Assembly: GCF_023091865.1 (NCBI RefSeq)
Contig: NZ_JAHXDI010000005.1
Coordinates: forward strand, 23,722 to 55,721
Reading direction: 5' to 3'
Source: Chromohalobacter moromii
GTDB lineage: Bacteria; Pseudomonadota; Gammaproteobacteria; Pseudomonadales; Halomonadaceae
Length of the DNA stretch: 32,000 nt
Under the pieces are notes generated by a model, which was not told the DNA's origin, ran no database searches, and was given only the letters and a program-made list of their open reading frames with translations. A program made the position numbers and the translations under genes. Of this stretch, positions 20,037-27,883 are shown piece after piece (positions within the stretch are counted from its first letter, which is position 1; each line of letters begins with the position of its first letter).

Positions 20037-20228
20037 ATCGACCAGCGTTACGAACGCATGGGTTTCCTGCGCCACTACTTCTGGGTGATCTGGTACCCCT
20101 TGCTCTATTGGACGCTGTCGACCTTTACCGCCGTGGTTGCGGTGCCCAAGACGTTACTTTCTTCACCCTGTCGGCGGGCACGTTGGCAGAGTCCCGATCG
20201 CGGCATCCAAACCGATAAGGACGCATGA
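20037..20228 (+). pseudogene. pgaC: In-frame continuation of pgaC after the TAG (63 codons + TGA) encoding the conserved PgaC C-terminus
   Basis: The pgaC frame reads IDQRYERMGFLRHYFWVIWYPLLYWTLSTFTAVVAVPKTLLSSPCRRARWQSPDRGIQTDKDA then TGA 20226-20228. It parallels E. coli PgaC ...MIENRYE...FWIIWFPVIFW...RARWVSPDRGI (recalled). Confidence 0.75.
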
Positions 20229-20229
20229 C

Positions 20230-20688
20230 ATGCGAGACGATACTGCGGCGCTCGAGTTGCCTGAGATCATTCATCGTCCCGACCTGCAGTCGCGCCGTCA
20301 GCGTGGTGTGTTCGCGCTGCTCTCGGGGCTGGGGTGGATGCTGTGGCTCTACCTGTTCTTACCCTTGTCGACTCTATTGGGATGGGCCTTCGGGAGCGAG
20401 CGTTTTCAGGCCTATGTGATCGACAGCCACGAGCACAGCTGGGCCTCGCTGACAGTTTATGCCGTGACTGTCTTACTGGCGGGAATGGCGTTGCTGATAT
20501 GGGCCTTCTACAACTATCGGCGCTTTCGGTATGCCGATCGCCGCCGCCCACCAACCCCGCTGACCACTGAGCGCCTGGCAGCTTCTTTCGGTGTGAGCGA
20601 GGCGCAGGTCGAGCATCTTCAGCGCAGCCGCGTGACGACCCTGCATCATGATGCGCGGGGTCACATCGTCGGCATTGAGTCGACATAG
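20230..20688 (+). CDS. pgaD: PNAG synthase accessory subunit PgaD
   Basis: 152 aa from ATG 20230, 1 nt after the full-length pgaC stop. It has two TM helices (FALLSGLGWMLWLYLFLPL, LTVYAVTVLLAGMALLIWAF), then YNYRRFRY and a ...LQRSRVTTLHHDARGHIVGIE tail resembling E. coli PgaD. The track ORF from 20137 is an upstream extension. Confidence 0.85.
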   Translation: MRDDTAALELPEIIHRPDLQSRRQRGVFALLSGLGWMLWLYLFLPLSTLLGWAFGSERFQAYVIDSHEHSWASLTVYAVTVLLAGMALLIWAFYNYRRFRYADRRRPPTPLTTERLAASFGVSEAQVEHLQRSRVTTLHHDARGHIVGIEST

Positions 20689-20733
20689 ACGCTGTGAAGA
20701 GCGAGCGGCTGCGCTAGATGCCAAGCGTACCGC

Positions 20734-22308
20734 TTAAGGCTTGAGCCCCAGGCGTTTGCCCAGACGGTGCAGATTGCCGCTGTCTATCTGCAGGGTTCGC
20801 GCGGTAGCGGCCCAGTTGCCATCGTGTACCTCCAGTGCGTGGGCGATATGCCGGCGCTGGAAGTCCTCGACGGCTTCGCGTAGCGGGACTGTGGCTGGAG
20901 GGACGGGGTGCGCCTCGGCAATTGTCGGTTGGGGAGGCGTGGTGTCATCGGCAAGCGCCGTCGGCAGTTCCAAGTGATGTGCGGCGATGCGGACCACGGC
21001 ATTGCGACGCGCGTCTTGCCCAGCAGGAGACTGCTCGCCGAAGGCACGTAGCGCGGCACGGCCCAGGGTGTGTTCCAGCTCGCGGATGTTTCCTGGCCAC
21101 GGCCAGGACAGTAGGGCGTGTTCGGCCGCGAGGTCGAGGCGCAGATTGGCGAGCCCCAGGCGAATGCGGTTGTCCTCAAGGAAGCCACCGGCCAGCAGTG
21201 GCACGTCCTCGCGACGTTCCCGCAGGGGTGGGACCTGCAAGGGGAAGACGCTCAGACGGTGGTAGAGGTCTTCGCGGAAGCGCCCGGCGGCGACCTCCTG
21301 ACTCAGGTCGCGATTGGTGACCGCGACCAGGCGCACGTTGACGCGCTGCGGGGTTTCGCTTCCCAGCGGCTGAATCTCCCCTTCCTGCAGCACGCGCAGT
21401 AGCTTGGGCTGCATGGCCAACGGTAGTTCACCGATTTCGTCGAGCATCAGCGTGCCTTCGTGGGCCATGGCGAAATGGCCGCGATGATCGCGGACGGCCC
21501 CGGAAAACGCGCCGCGCCGATGGCCGAAGAGTTCACTTTCAATCAGCGACTCGGGCAGGGCCGCGCAATTGACGCGTACCAGTGGCCCCTCGCGACGTGT
21601 GGAAAGCGCATGCACGCGGCGGGCGATACGCTCCTTGCCGACCCCGGTTTCGCCATGCAACAGCACACTCATGTCGGTGGGCGCCACCAGGGCGAGGCTT
21701 TCCTCCAACCGCCGCATGGCAGGACTCTGCCAATCGGGCGTGCTGTGACGCGGTGCGTCCTGATCGTTGAGGTGCTGTTCGAGTGCCTGATTGAGGCGCG
21801 AACGGGTATCGCTGAGCTGCTGTGAGAGACGCAGGCAAGTCGCCAACAGGCCCGCCGCGGCCAACAGTTCGTCATCATCGACGGTGGCTAGGCAACCCGG
21901 CGTCAGGGCATCCAGCGTCAGCATGCCGAGCAGTCGGTCGCCATCGCGCAGGGCCACGCCCATGCAGTCATGCACATGGCTCAAGGTGTCGTCGAGCAGA
22001 CCATCGAAGGGATCGGGCAACGGCGAATCTAGCGGGAAGCGGCACACGCCGGGATGCGCGGCGATTGCGGCTAGACGCGGGTGCGCGATCAGGCTAAAGC
22101 GGCGCCCGCGGACTTCGTCGTCTAGGCCTAGCACGGCCACGGGCTGCAGGCCGTCGTCGTGAGCGACCATCAACGTGCTGGCATCGGCGGGATAATCGCC
22201 GACCAGCGCGGCGAGCAGCTTTGCCCAGCGCTCGGGCAGAGCGTCGCTGCCACGCCCGACGCTGAGATCGGCGAGTAGGTCGCGCAGGGTATGCAAGAAG
22301 ACTGTCAT
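20734..22308 (-). CDS. norR: NO-responsive sigma-54 enhancer-binding protein NorR (GAF-AAA+-HTH)
   Basis: From ATG 22308: the GAF region (...[36 protein letters not shown]), the AAA+ domain ([47 protein letters not shown]) and the C-terminal HTH ([30 protein letters not shown]) are collinear with E. coli NorR as recalled. Confidence 0.93.
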   Translation of the reverse strand: MTVFLHTLRDLLADLSVGRGSDALPERWAKLLAALVGDYPADASTLMVAHDDGLQPVAVLGLDDEVRGRRFSLIAHPRLAAIAAHPGVCRFPLDSPLPDPFDGLLDDTLSHVHDCMGVALRDGDRLLGMLTLDALTPGCLATVDDDELLAAAGLLATCLRLSQQLSDTRSRLNQALEQHLNDQDAPRHSTPDWQSPAMRRLEESLALVAPTDMSVLLHGETGVGKERIARRVHALSTRREGPLVRVNCAALPESLIESELFGHRRGAFSGAVRDHRGHFAMAHEGTLMLDEIGELPLAMQPKLLRVLQEGEIQPLGSETPQRVNVRLVAVTNRDLSQEVAAGRFREDLYHRLSVFPLQVPPLRERREDVPLLAGGFLEDNRIRLGLANLRLDLAAEHALLSWPWPGNIRELEHTLGRAALRAFGEQSPAGQDARRNAVVRIAAHHLELPTALADDTTPPQPTIAEAHPVPPATVPLREAVEDFQRRHIAHALEVHDGNWAATARTLQIDSGNLHRLGKRLGLKP

Positions 22309-22333
22309 TTGGACATTCTCTCTTGAGCAAATT

Positions 22334-22368
22334 GTCATAGTGACATGTGGTGTGGGTGTTATTTTGAC
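22334..22368. promoter_or_regulatory. Candidate NorR enhancer sites (GT-N7-AC)
   Basis: TGTCAtagTGACA palindrome with core GTCATAGTGAC at 22334-22344, and GTTATTTTGAC at 22358-22368. A weaker GTTTCTGCAAC lies at 22420-22430. All are 70-170 bp upstream of the sigma-54 promoter of hmp and next to the norR start. Confidence 0.5.
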
Positions 22369-22500
22369 AGTCATTACGCCGAGGGCAAGTGCTCGTCGTC
22401 TACCGGGCTGCGCCCTGTCGTTTCTGCAACGCGGCAACCACGCGGTCTCGACAGGCACTGGCGTGTCACAATGTCGCGGACACGGCTAAACGAACCGAGT

Positions 22501-22516
22501 TGGCACTCCGATTGCG
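22501..22516 (+). promoter_or_regulatory. Sigma-54 (-24/-12) promoter of hmp
   Basis: TGGCAC-tccga-TTGCg matches TGGCAC-N5-TTGCW. It lies 44 nt upstream of the hmp ATG, downstream of the NorR-type sites, with a divergent sigma-54 activator gene. Confidence 0.85.
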
Positions 22517-22559
22517 ATAGCAGGGGCACACACTTGAACGCTCATCGCGAGGAGACATC

Positions 22560-23741
22560 ATGCTGACATCCGCCCAGGAGTCCGTAATCGCCGCCACCAC
22601 ACCGGTGGTTGCCGAACACATCGAAGCCATCGCCAAGCGCTTTTACCCGTTGATGTTTGCGCGTTATCCCGAGGTGAAGACGTTGTTCAACGCCGCGCAT
22701 CAGCAAAGCGGCGGACAGCCGCGCGCGCTGGCGGGCGCCGTCGTCGCCTATGTACAACTGCGGCACGAGCCTGAACGTCTCGACGAGGTGCTGGGTATCA
22801 TCGTCGACAAGCACGTCTCGCTGGGTATTCGTCCCGAGCACTATCCCATCGTCGGTGAATGCTTGATGGCGGCGATCGGCGAGGTGCTGGGCGAGGCGGT
22901 GACAGAGGACGTCGCCGATGCCTGGGGCGCGCTCTACGAGGAGCTGGCGGGATTGTTGATCGAAAAAGAGGCACGTCGCTATCACGACTTCGCCGCCCAG
23001 CCTGGTGGGTGGGACGGTACCCGTGAGTTCCGCATCGTCACCAAGCATCCCGAGAGCGCCGTCATCACTTCCTTCGAGTTGGCGCCGGTAGATGGCGGGC
23101 CTGTCGCCGAGCATCGTCCTGGGCAATACATCGGCTTCAAGCTGACCATCGACGGTGAGACCGTGCACCGCCACTATAGTCTGTCAGCCTCGCCCAACGG
23201 GGAGACCTATCGCGTATCCATCAAACGCGAGGACGGAGGCAAGGTCAGTCGCCATTTTCATGACCGCCTGGCCGAGGGCGATATGCTGGAGTTGTTGCCG
23301 CCGGCCGGCCATCTGACGCTGGACGAGGGCACGTCGCCGTTGATGTTGATTAGCGCGGGCGTCGGCCAGACACCGATGCTGCCGCTGGCACGGCAGGCGC
23401 TCGAGGAAGGACGCCGGGTCGTCTACCTGCATGCGGCACGCGATGGTGAAGTGCGTGCGTTTGCCGACGAGCTGGAGGAGTTACGCAAGGCGTTTCCGGC
23501 GTTGCTGCAAGTGGTCACCGTCTATTCGCAACCGCGCCCGGAGGACTCCCCTGATCACGTCGGCCGTGTGGATGCCGCGCTGCTGGCGGACTACGCCCCG
23601 CGTGACGCGCAGTACTATACGGTGGGGCCGGCGGATTTCATGCGCTGCGTCGATGCGGCGCTGGAAACGCTCGGCGTCGCGGCCAGCCGGCGCCATCATG
23701 AATTCTTCGGGCCTGCCGAGTCGTTGGCACGCGTCGCCTGA
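22560..23741 (+). CDS. hmp: Flavohemoglobin / nitric oxide dioxygenase
   Basis: 393 aa. It has an N-terminal globin (RFYPLMFARYPEVKTLFN...QPRALAGAVVAYV), then an FNR-like reductase (GGWDGTREFRIV, RPGQYIGF, RHYSLS, GGKVS, ISAGVGQTPML, HEFFGP), collinear with E. coli Hmp. Confidence 0.96.
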   Translation: MLTSAQESVIAATTPVVAEHIEAIAKRFYPLMFARYPEVKTLFNAAHQQSGGQPRALAGAVVAYVQLRHEPERLDEVLGIIVDKHVSLGIRPEHYPIVGECLMAAIGEVLGEAVTEDVADAWGALYEELAGLLIEKEARRYHDFAAQPGGWDGTREFRIVTKHPESAVITSFELAPVDGGPVAEHRPGQYIGFKLTIDGETVHRHYSLSASPNGETYRVSIKREDGGKVSRHFHDRLAEGDMLELLPPAGHLTLDEGTSPLMLISAGVGQTPMLPLARQALEEGRRVVYLHAARDGEVRAFADELEELRKAFPALLQVVTVYSQPRPEDSPDHVGRVDAALLADYAPRDAQYYTVGPADFMRCVDAALETLGVAASRRHHEFFGPAESLARVA

Positions 23742-23760
23742 GACGCCGTGTCGATGACCG

Positions 23761-23788
23761 AAACGCCACGCCATTCGGCGTGGCGTTT
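23761..23788 (+). terminator. Probable intrinsic terminator after hmp
   Basis: AAACGCCACGCC-ATTC-GGCGTGGCGTTT is a perfect 12-bp stem whose right arm ends in TTT. Only a short, interrupted T-run follows (tgcgttg), so no clear U-tract. Confidence 0.6.
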
Positions 23789-23846
23789 TGCGTTGTGCGC
23801 CAGGCATGACATGCAGCGCCTGACTGGCGCTTTTATCTAGGGAAGA

Positions 23847-23871
23847 GGCGCCGGAGACGAACTCCGGCGCC
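23847..23871 (-). terminator. GC hairpin downstream of the 2OG oxygenase gene (possible terminator)
   Basis: GGCGCCGGAG-ACGAA-CTCCGGCGCC is a perfect 10-bp stem 27 nt past the stop of the minus-strand gene. The T-run after it on the - strand is poor (TCTTCCCTAG). Confidence 0.35.
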
Positions 23872-23897
23872 GACCCGTTTGGGATTTGCGGTGAATC

Positions 23898-24692
23898 TTA
23901 GCGGGTCTCGTTGAGCACCGCCTCGGGAAAGTGCCGACGCAGGATTTGGTTCTGAAACGGATCCACGAAGCGGCTGTTGATGATGATGATGAAGCGCTCG
24001 AAGGGCGCGCCGGCATCTTCCTGGTGGATGGCATCCACGCTATGAAAGAGACGGTCATCACGCAGGTGGAGGATATCGCCCGGGGCGAGGGTCGTGTCGG
24101 CCACGGGAGAAGTGCCCGCCTTGTCAGCATAGAGGTGGTTATCGCCTCCGGCGACATTGTGGCGGCTTAACACCAGGATGCTCAGCGCCTTGCAGCCGTC
24201 GGCATGAATACCCTGACCCTGCAGAGGGTCGATCATGCCTTCGCCACGCACGCCGGTTATCTGCATCAGGATGGGCTCGTTGGGCTTCAGGCCCCAAAGC
24301 CGTGCCCAGGCGCGCACGAAGTCCTTGACGTCCGGTCGGGCCATGAATGCTGGCGTCAGTGGCTCATAGTAGCGCAGGCGGTCCGCCATGCTTTCGGCAT
24401 CATTAAAGGCGCCGCCCTGTGCCATGGGACAATGGCCCATATCGACGACGTCGTCACGTTCATCCAGAGTCAGCCAGGACATGCGTTTCCAACGACGATT
24501 GACATAGGGGTCCCGTGGCAAGTCGGCGGTGAATGCTTGCCAGGCTTCGAGATCCACCCGGGAGCGGATCTCGGTCCTTGCCCAGCCCTGATAGTGTAAG
24601 GCTTGGGTAATCGATGGCGACCAGTAGTCGGCGAACGGATCGGCAGGTATGGTGCTTGAATTGACGCCATGCTTGAGGGTGTCGAGTGTCAT
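23898..24692 (-). CDS. 2-oxoglutarate/Fe(II) dioxygenase, PF10014 (2OG-Fe_Oxy_2) type
   Basis: 264 aa from ATG 24692 (GGAGAA 8 nt upstream). QGQGIHADGCKALSILVLSRHNVAGGDNHLY (HxD facial-triad motif followed by N..GG) and the distal LRDDRLFHSV fit my recollection of the PF10014 pattern. The 54 codons upstream in the track ORF are low-complexity. Confidence 0.7.
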   Translation of the reverse strand: MTLDTLKHGVNSSTIPADPFADYWSPSITQALHYQGWARTEIRSRVDLEAWQAFTADLPRDPYVNRRWKRMSWLTLDERDDVVDMGHCPMAQGGAFNDAESMADRLRYYEPLTPAFMARPDVKDFVRAWARLWGLKPNEPILMQITGVRGEGMIDPLQGQGIHADGCKALSILVLSRHNVAGGDNHLYADKAGTSPVADTTLAPGDILHLRDDRLFHSVDAIHQEDAGAPFERFIIIINSRFVDPFQNQILRRHFPEAVLNETR

Positions 24693-24717
24693 GAGATCTT
24701 CTCCATTACAGTGTGAA

Positions 24718-24752
24718 CCGAGATTGCCCGAGATTGCCCGAGATCGTCCGAG
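24718..24752. repeat. 10-bp tandem direct repeat x3.5 in the oxygenase upstream region
   Basis: CCGAGATTGC CCGAGATTGC CCGAGATCGT CCGAG, located 26-60 nt upstream of the oxygenase ATG (minus-strand unit GCAATCTCGG). Confidence 0.9.
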
Positions 24753-24973
24753 CAACCCTCGGAAAGGAGAATATCTGTAGCTAAATGTCAAAAAATGTAT
24801 GAAAAGTGTCGCATTGCTTTGACGCTGATCACGATTAATTACGCTAGATGACAACGGTCATGCCGAGTCGGGCTGACGTGTAGATGCATGCCTGCGTATG
24901 CCTTGAAGGTGGGGTGATCTAGGTGGTGCGAAGATGCCTTCTGGCCTCATGATGCAGGCAACAGCATCTTTCG

Positions 24974-26836
24974 ATGATGGGAAAGTTGATGAGCGGTTAC
25001 GATGTCGTTTTCCGACGCTGGCTAGGCGCACAGTGTCATAAACTAGTGCGTTGGTGGCAGCAGTTCAGAGCGAGAGGGACAGAGGCTCAAGGCGAGAGCG
25101 CTCGGGACGATATCGAGCTCGTGCGCCGTCAGTATCTGGAGAGCGAACAGCGCTTTCGAGCCCTGCTGGAAAGCCTGCCCAGAGTGGCGGTCCAGGGCTA
25201 TGATCGCGATCGCTGCGTGATCTACTGGAACGAGGCCAGCACCCGGCTCTATGGTTATGGCGCCGCGGAGGCGCAGGGCCAAGCGCTGGAAGAGCTGATC
25301 ATCCCGGACCCCATGCGTGAATCGGTGATTCAGGCGCATCAGGCCTGGGTAAAGGAGGGGATCGAGATTCCGGCGGAGGAACTCGAACTTCAGCACAAGA
25401 GTGGTGAGCCGGTTCCGGTCTTCTCGCATCATGTCATGCTCGGTGAACACACCGAGAATCCCCTGATGTTTTGTGTCGACGTAGACCTCTCGGATCAGAA
25501 GCGAGCGTATCGCGAGCTGGATTTTGCCACGCGCTTCGATGCGCTGACCCACCTGCCCAATCGCCAGACCTTCGAAGCGCAGTTGGATGAAATCATCGCC
25601 TATTGCCGGCGAAAGCGTGTCGGGGTGACTCTGGTCTACCTGGATATCGACGACTTCGTAGCGATCAACGACGCTCTAAGCTACGAACAGGGAGACCGGT
25701 TACTCGTCGAGTTGACTCAGCGGCTGCATCAGGTAGTGGGAGCGTCAGACATCATGTCGCGGCTTTCCGGCGACGAGTTCGTGATCGCCTGCCCCATGTT
25801 CCAGCGCAAGGAAGTGCTCTTGCAACTGGTCCACAAGATTCAAGAGGTCCTTCGTTCTCCTTTCCTGATGAACGGTTCTCGGCATCAAGTGACCGCCTGC
25901 CTGGGGATCAGTCTCTATCCGGATAATGGCGAAACGGCCCGCGAGCTGATCCGCAACGCCGATGTGGCCAAGAATCGAGCCAAGATGGATGGTCAGGGTA
26001 GCGTGTGCTTCTTCGATCAGACGTTCCATGACCAACTGCTCTACCAGCATCGCCTTGTCGATCGGCTGACGAAAGCTCTGGACAGCGGAGAGCTCTCGCT
26101 GCATTACCAGCCTCAGGTGTCTGCTGCGAGTGGGCGTATCGAGAACCTCGAGGCGCTGCTTCGCTGGCAGCCGGCAGAGGGGCCTCCGATCTCACCGGCC
26201 GAGTTCATTCCCCTCGCCGAGCGTTCCGACTTGATCCATCGTCTCGGTGATTGGGTCATGGAAACCGCCTGTCAGCAGCGTGTGCTGTGGCGGGATGCCG
26301 GGCTAGCCGTCGGGCGCATCGATATCAACTTCTCCGGTCGACAGATGAGCAGGCCCGATGTCTTCCAGCGCTTCGAAGATTGCTTGGCGCGTCATGGCCT
26401 GGGGCCTCAGGACATAGGATTGGAACTCACCGAGAACGTACTCATCGAAGCCGACGACCGTATCCTGGAGGGCTTGCGCCGGCTTCATGATCTGGGATTT
26501 CGCATCGCCATCGATGACTTCGGCACCGGCTACTCGTCGCTGAGCTATCTCAAGCACTTTCCGGTAACGGCGCTCAAGATCGATCGCGCCTTCGTGCGTG
26601 ATGCCCCGGATGAGCCCAAGGATCGCGCGATCATGGAGGCCGCGATCTTCATCGGCCACCGCCTGGGCCTGGAGGTCGTGGCCGAGGGTGTCGAAAATCG
26701 TGAGCAGCTCGCGCTGATTCGGGAGATGCGCTGCGACTTGGTTCAGGGGTTCTATTTCTTCCGCCCCATGCCCGCTCTGGAAATGGAACGTGTGCTGGGC
26801 GGTCTGGTAACGGGGCATCCTGGGGTTTCGGGCTGA
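24974..26836 (+). CDS. Cytoplasmic PAS-GGDEF(degenerate SGDEF)-EAL c-di-GMP protein, probable phosphodiesterase
   Basis: PAS (FRALLESLPRVAVQGYDRDRCVIYWNEASTRLYGY). GGDEF domain with LDIDDFVAINDALSYEQGD and SGDEF (25766-25780). EAL domain with ENLEALLRW, NFSGRQ, ELTE, DDFGTGYSSLSYL, KIDRAF, EGVE, QGFYF. The start could also be ATG 24989. Confidence 0.9.
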   Translation: MMGKLMSGYDVVFRRWLGAQCHKLVRWWQQFRARGTEAQGESARDDIELVRRQYLESEQRFRALLESLPRVAVQGYDRDRCVIYWNEASTRLYGYGAAEAQGQALEELIIPDPMRESVIQAHQAWVKEGIEIPAEELELQHKSGEPVPVFSHHVMLGEHTENPLMFCVDVDLSDQKRAYRELDFATRFDALTHLPNRQTFEAQLDEIIAYCRRKRVGVTLVYLDIDDFVAINDALSYEQGDRLLVELTQRLHQVVGASDIMSRLSGDEFVIACPMFQRKEVLLQLVHKIQEVLRSPFLMNGSRHQVTACLGISLYPDNGETARELIRNADVAKNRAKMDGQGSVCFFDQTFHDQLLYQHRLVDRLTKALDSGELSLHYQPQVSAASGRIENLEALLRWQPAEGPPISPAEFIPLAERSDLIHRLGDWVMETACQQRVLWRDAGLAVGRIDINFSGRQMSRPDVFQRFEDCLARHGLGPQDIGLELTENVLIEADDRILEGLRRLHDLGFRIAIDDFGTGYSSLSYLKHFPVTALKIDRAFVRDAPDEPKDRAIMEAAIFIGHRLGLEVVAEGVENREQLALIREMRCDLVQGFYFFRPMPALEMERVLGGLVTGHPGVSG

Positions 26837-27010
26837 GTCCACCGCCTGCATGGCGTAGAATGCGAGCCTTGCGCACGACCACGGCACGTCTCCGTGCGCA
26901 GCCTGTCGGCGGCAATGAGGATGACAGGCAATACGGCGATGGGCGAATATGTGCCCCTGTCGACGCGGTGGACGACGAATCGAGGAGACGAGCATGCGAA
27001 AGGAGAGGCC

Positions 27011-27883
27011 GTGAAGCTGTTGCTGGCGAATGCGGGACATTGCTTGAGCCTGGCGCTGGCGCGTGAGGCCAATCGACGTCGCGATACCCAATTGACCATC
27101 GTCGAGGAGACACAGGTCTCGGCGGAGGCCTTGGCCGAAGCCCGGCCCGATGCGCTGGTGGTGCCACCGTTATCGGCGCCGTCACGTCTGGCGCCCGCTG
27201 AGGTCATGGCCCATGTCGAGGCGGTCGACGCCAATCTCGCGCTGTGTCGGGAATACGATGTGCCGTTGATCTGGTGCGTATCCGATGAACTCTATGAGGA
27301 TGGGGGCGACGGGCCGCTCGACGAGCATGTCATCCCGGCGCCACGCGATGACAGTCTGAAGCGCTTGATCGCCACCGGCGACCGGGTGCGTGAGTGTCTG
27401 CCGAGACATCTCATCGTACGGCTGGGGCCGCTGTTCGCGCTCGGCGGCGCGCATGCTTGGTTACCCGAGTTACTCGACACGCTGCTGGCGGGTGACGAAG
27501 TGCGCGCCGCGGAAGACATCATCCTGTGCCCGACTTCGGTCGATGCGGTGGCCATGGCGTTGATCGGCATGATGCAGCAGCAAGGGTGTGGCGCCGACGC
27601 TTGGGGCGCCTATCATCTGGCAGGTACCGAGCCGATCAGCCCATATACGTTCGCTTCCGTCGTACGCACCTACCTCACCACGCATCTCGAGCGGCAGGAG
27701 CGTGACGCCACATTAGGGACATTGCACGCCTTGCATCATCATCACGACCATCCCTTACGGCGTGTCCTGAATTGTCGCCGCGTATTGGACGTTTTCGGTA
27801 TCCACCAGAAGCCCTGGCGGCTCGAGCTGAGCCGCATGTTGGATGACTGGTGCCTGCTGCATGACAAGGAGTCGGCGACGTGA
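27011..27883 (+). CDS. RmlD-like (dTDP-4-dehydrorhamnose reductase fold, PF04321-like) protein with degenerate cofactor and catalytic motifs
   Basis: GTG 27011 is preceded by AAAGGAGAGG. It is collinear with E. coli RmlD as recalled: KLLLANAG vs ILLFGKTG; RPDALV vs RPDVIV; IWCVSDELY vs VHYSTDYVF; HLIVRLGPLF vs HLIFRTSWVY; AYHLAGTEPISPYTFASVV vs LYHLVAGGTTTWHDYAALVF. The stop overlaps the next gene's start (GTGA). Confidence 0.55.
   Translation: MKLLLANAGHCLSLALAREANRRRDTQLTIVEETQVSAEALAEARPDALVVPPLSAPSRLAPAEVMAHVEAVDANLALCREYDVPLIWCVSDELYEDGGDGPLDEHVIPAPRDDSLKRLIATGDRVRECLPRHLIVRLGPLFALGGAHAWLPELLDTLLAGDEVRAAEDIILCPTSVDAVAMALIGMMQQQGCGADAWGAYHLAGTEPISPYTFASVVRTYLTTHLERQERDATLGTLHALHHHHDHPLRRVLNCRRVLDVFGIHQKPWRLELSRMLDDWCLLHDKESAT

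Noticed and set aside
19631-20218. 195-aa +2-frame ORF overlapping the end of pgaC, which might have suggested a frameshift rather than a nonsense codon
   Set aside because: Its translation has no PgaC similarity. The conserved PgaC C-terminus is recovered in the original pgaC frame directly after the TAG, so the lesion is an in-frame stop and not a frameshift.
22473-22483. A further GT-N7-AC match (GTCGCGGACAC) as an additional NorR site
   Set aside because: It lies only about 18 nt upstream of the -24 element, too close for an enhancer site. The motif is degenerate enough (about 1 in 256 positions) to occur by chance.
24934-25038. 34-codon upstream ORF (MPSGLMMQATASFDDGKVDERLRCRFPTLARRTVS) with an AGGTGG RBS, overlapping the GGDEF-EAL start in another frame
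   Set aside because: It is short, has no recognisable features, and I cannot assess its conservation. It may only mean that the start of the main gene is mis-set.
26894-27010. 39-codon upstream extension of the RmlD-like ORF (ATG 26894)
   Set aside because: RmlD collinearity starts at VKLLL (GTG 27011), which has a strong AAAGGAGAGG Shine-Dalgarno sequence. The extension has no homology and no RBS. The start is still not proven.
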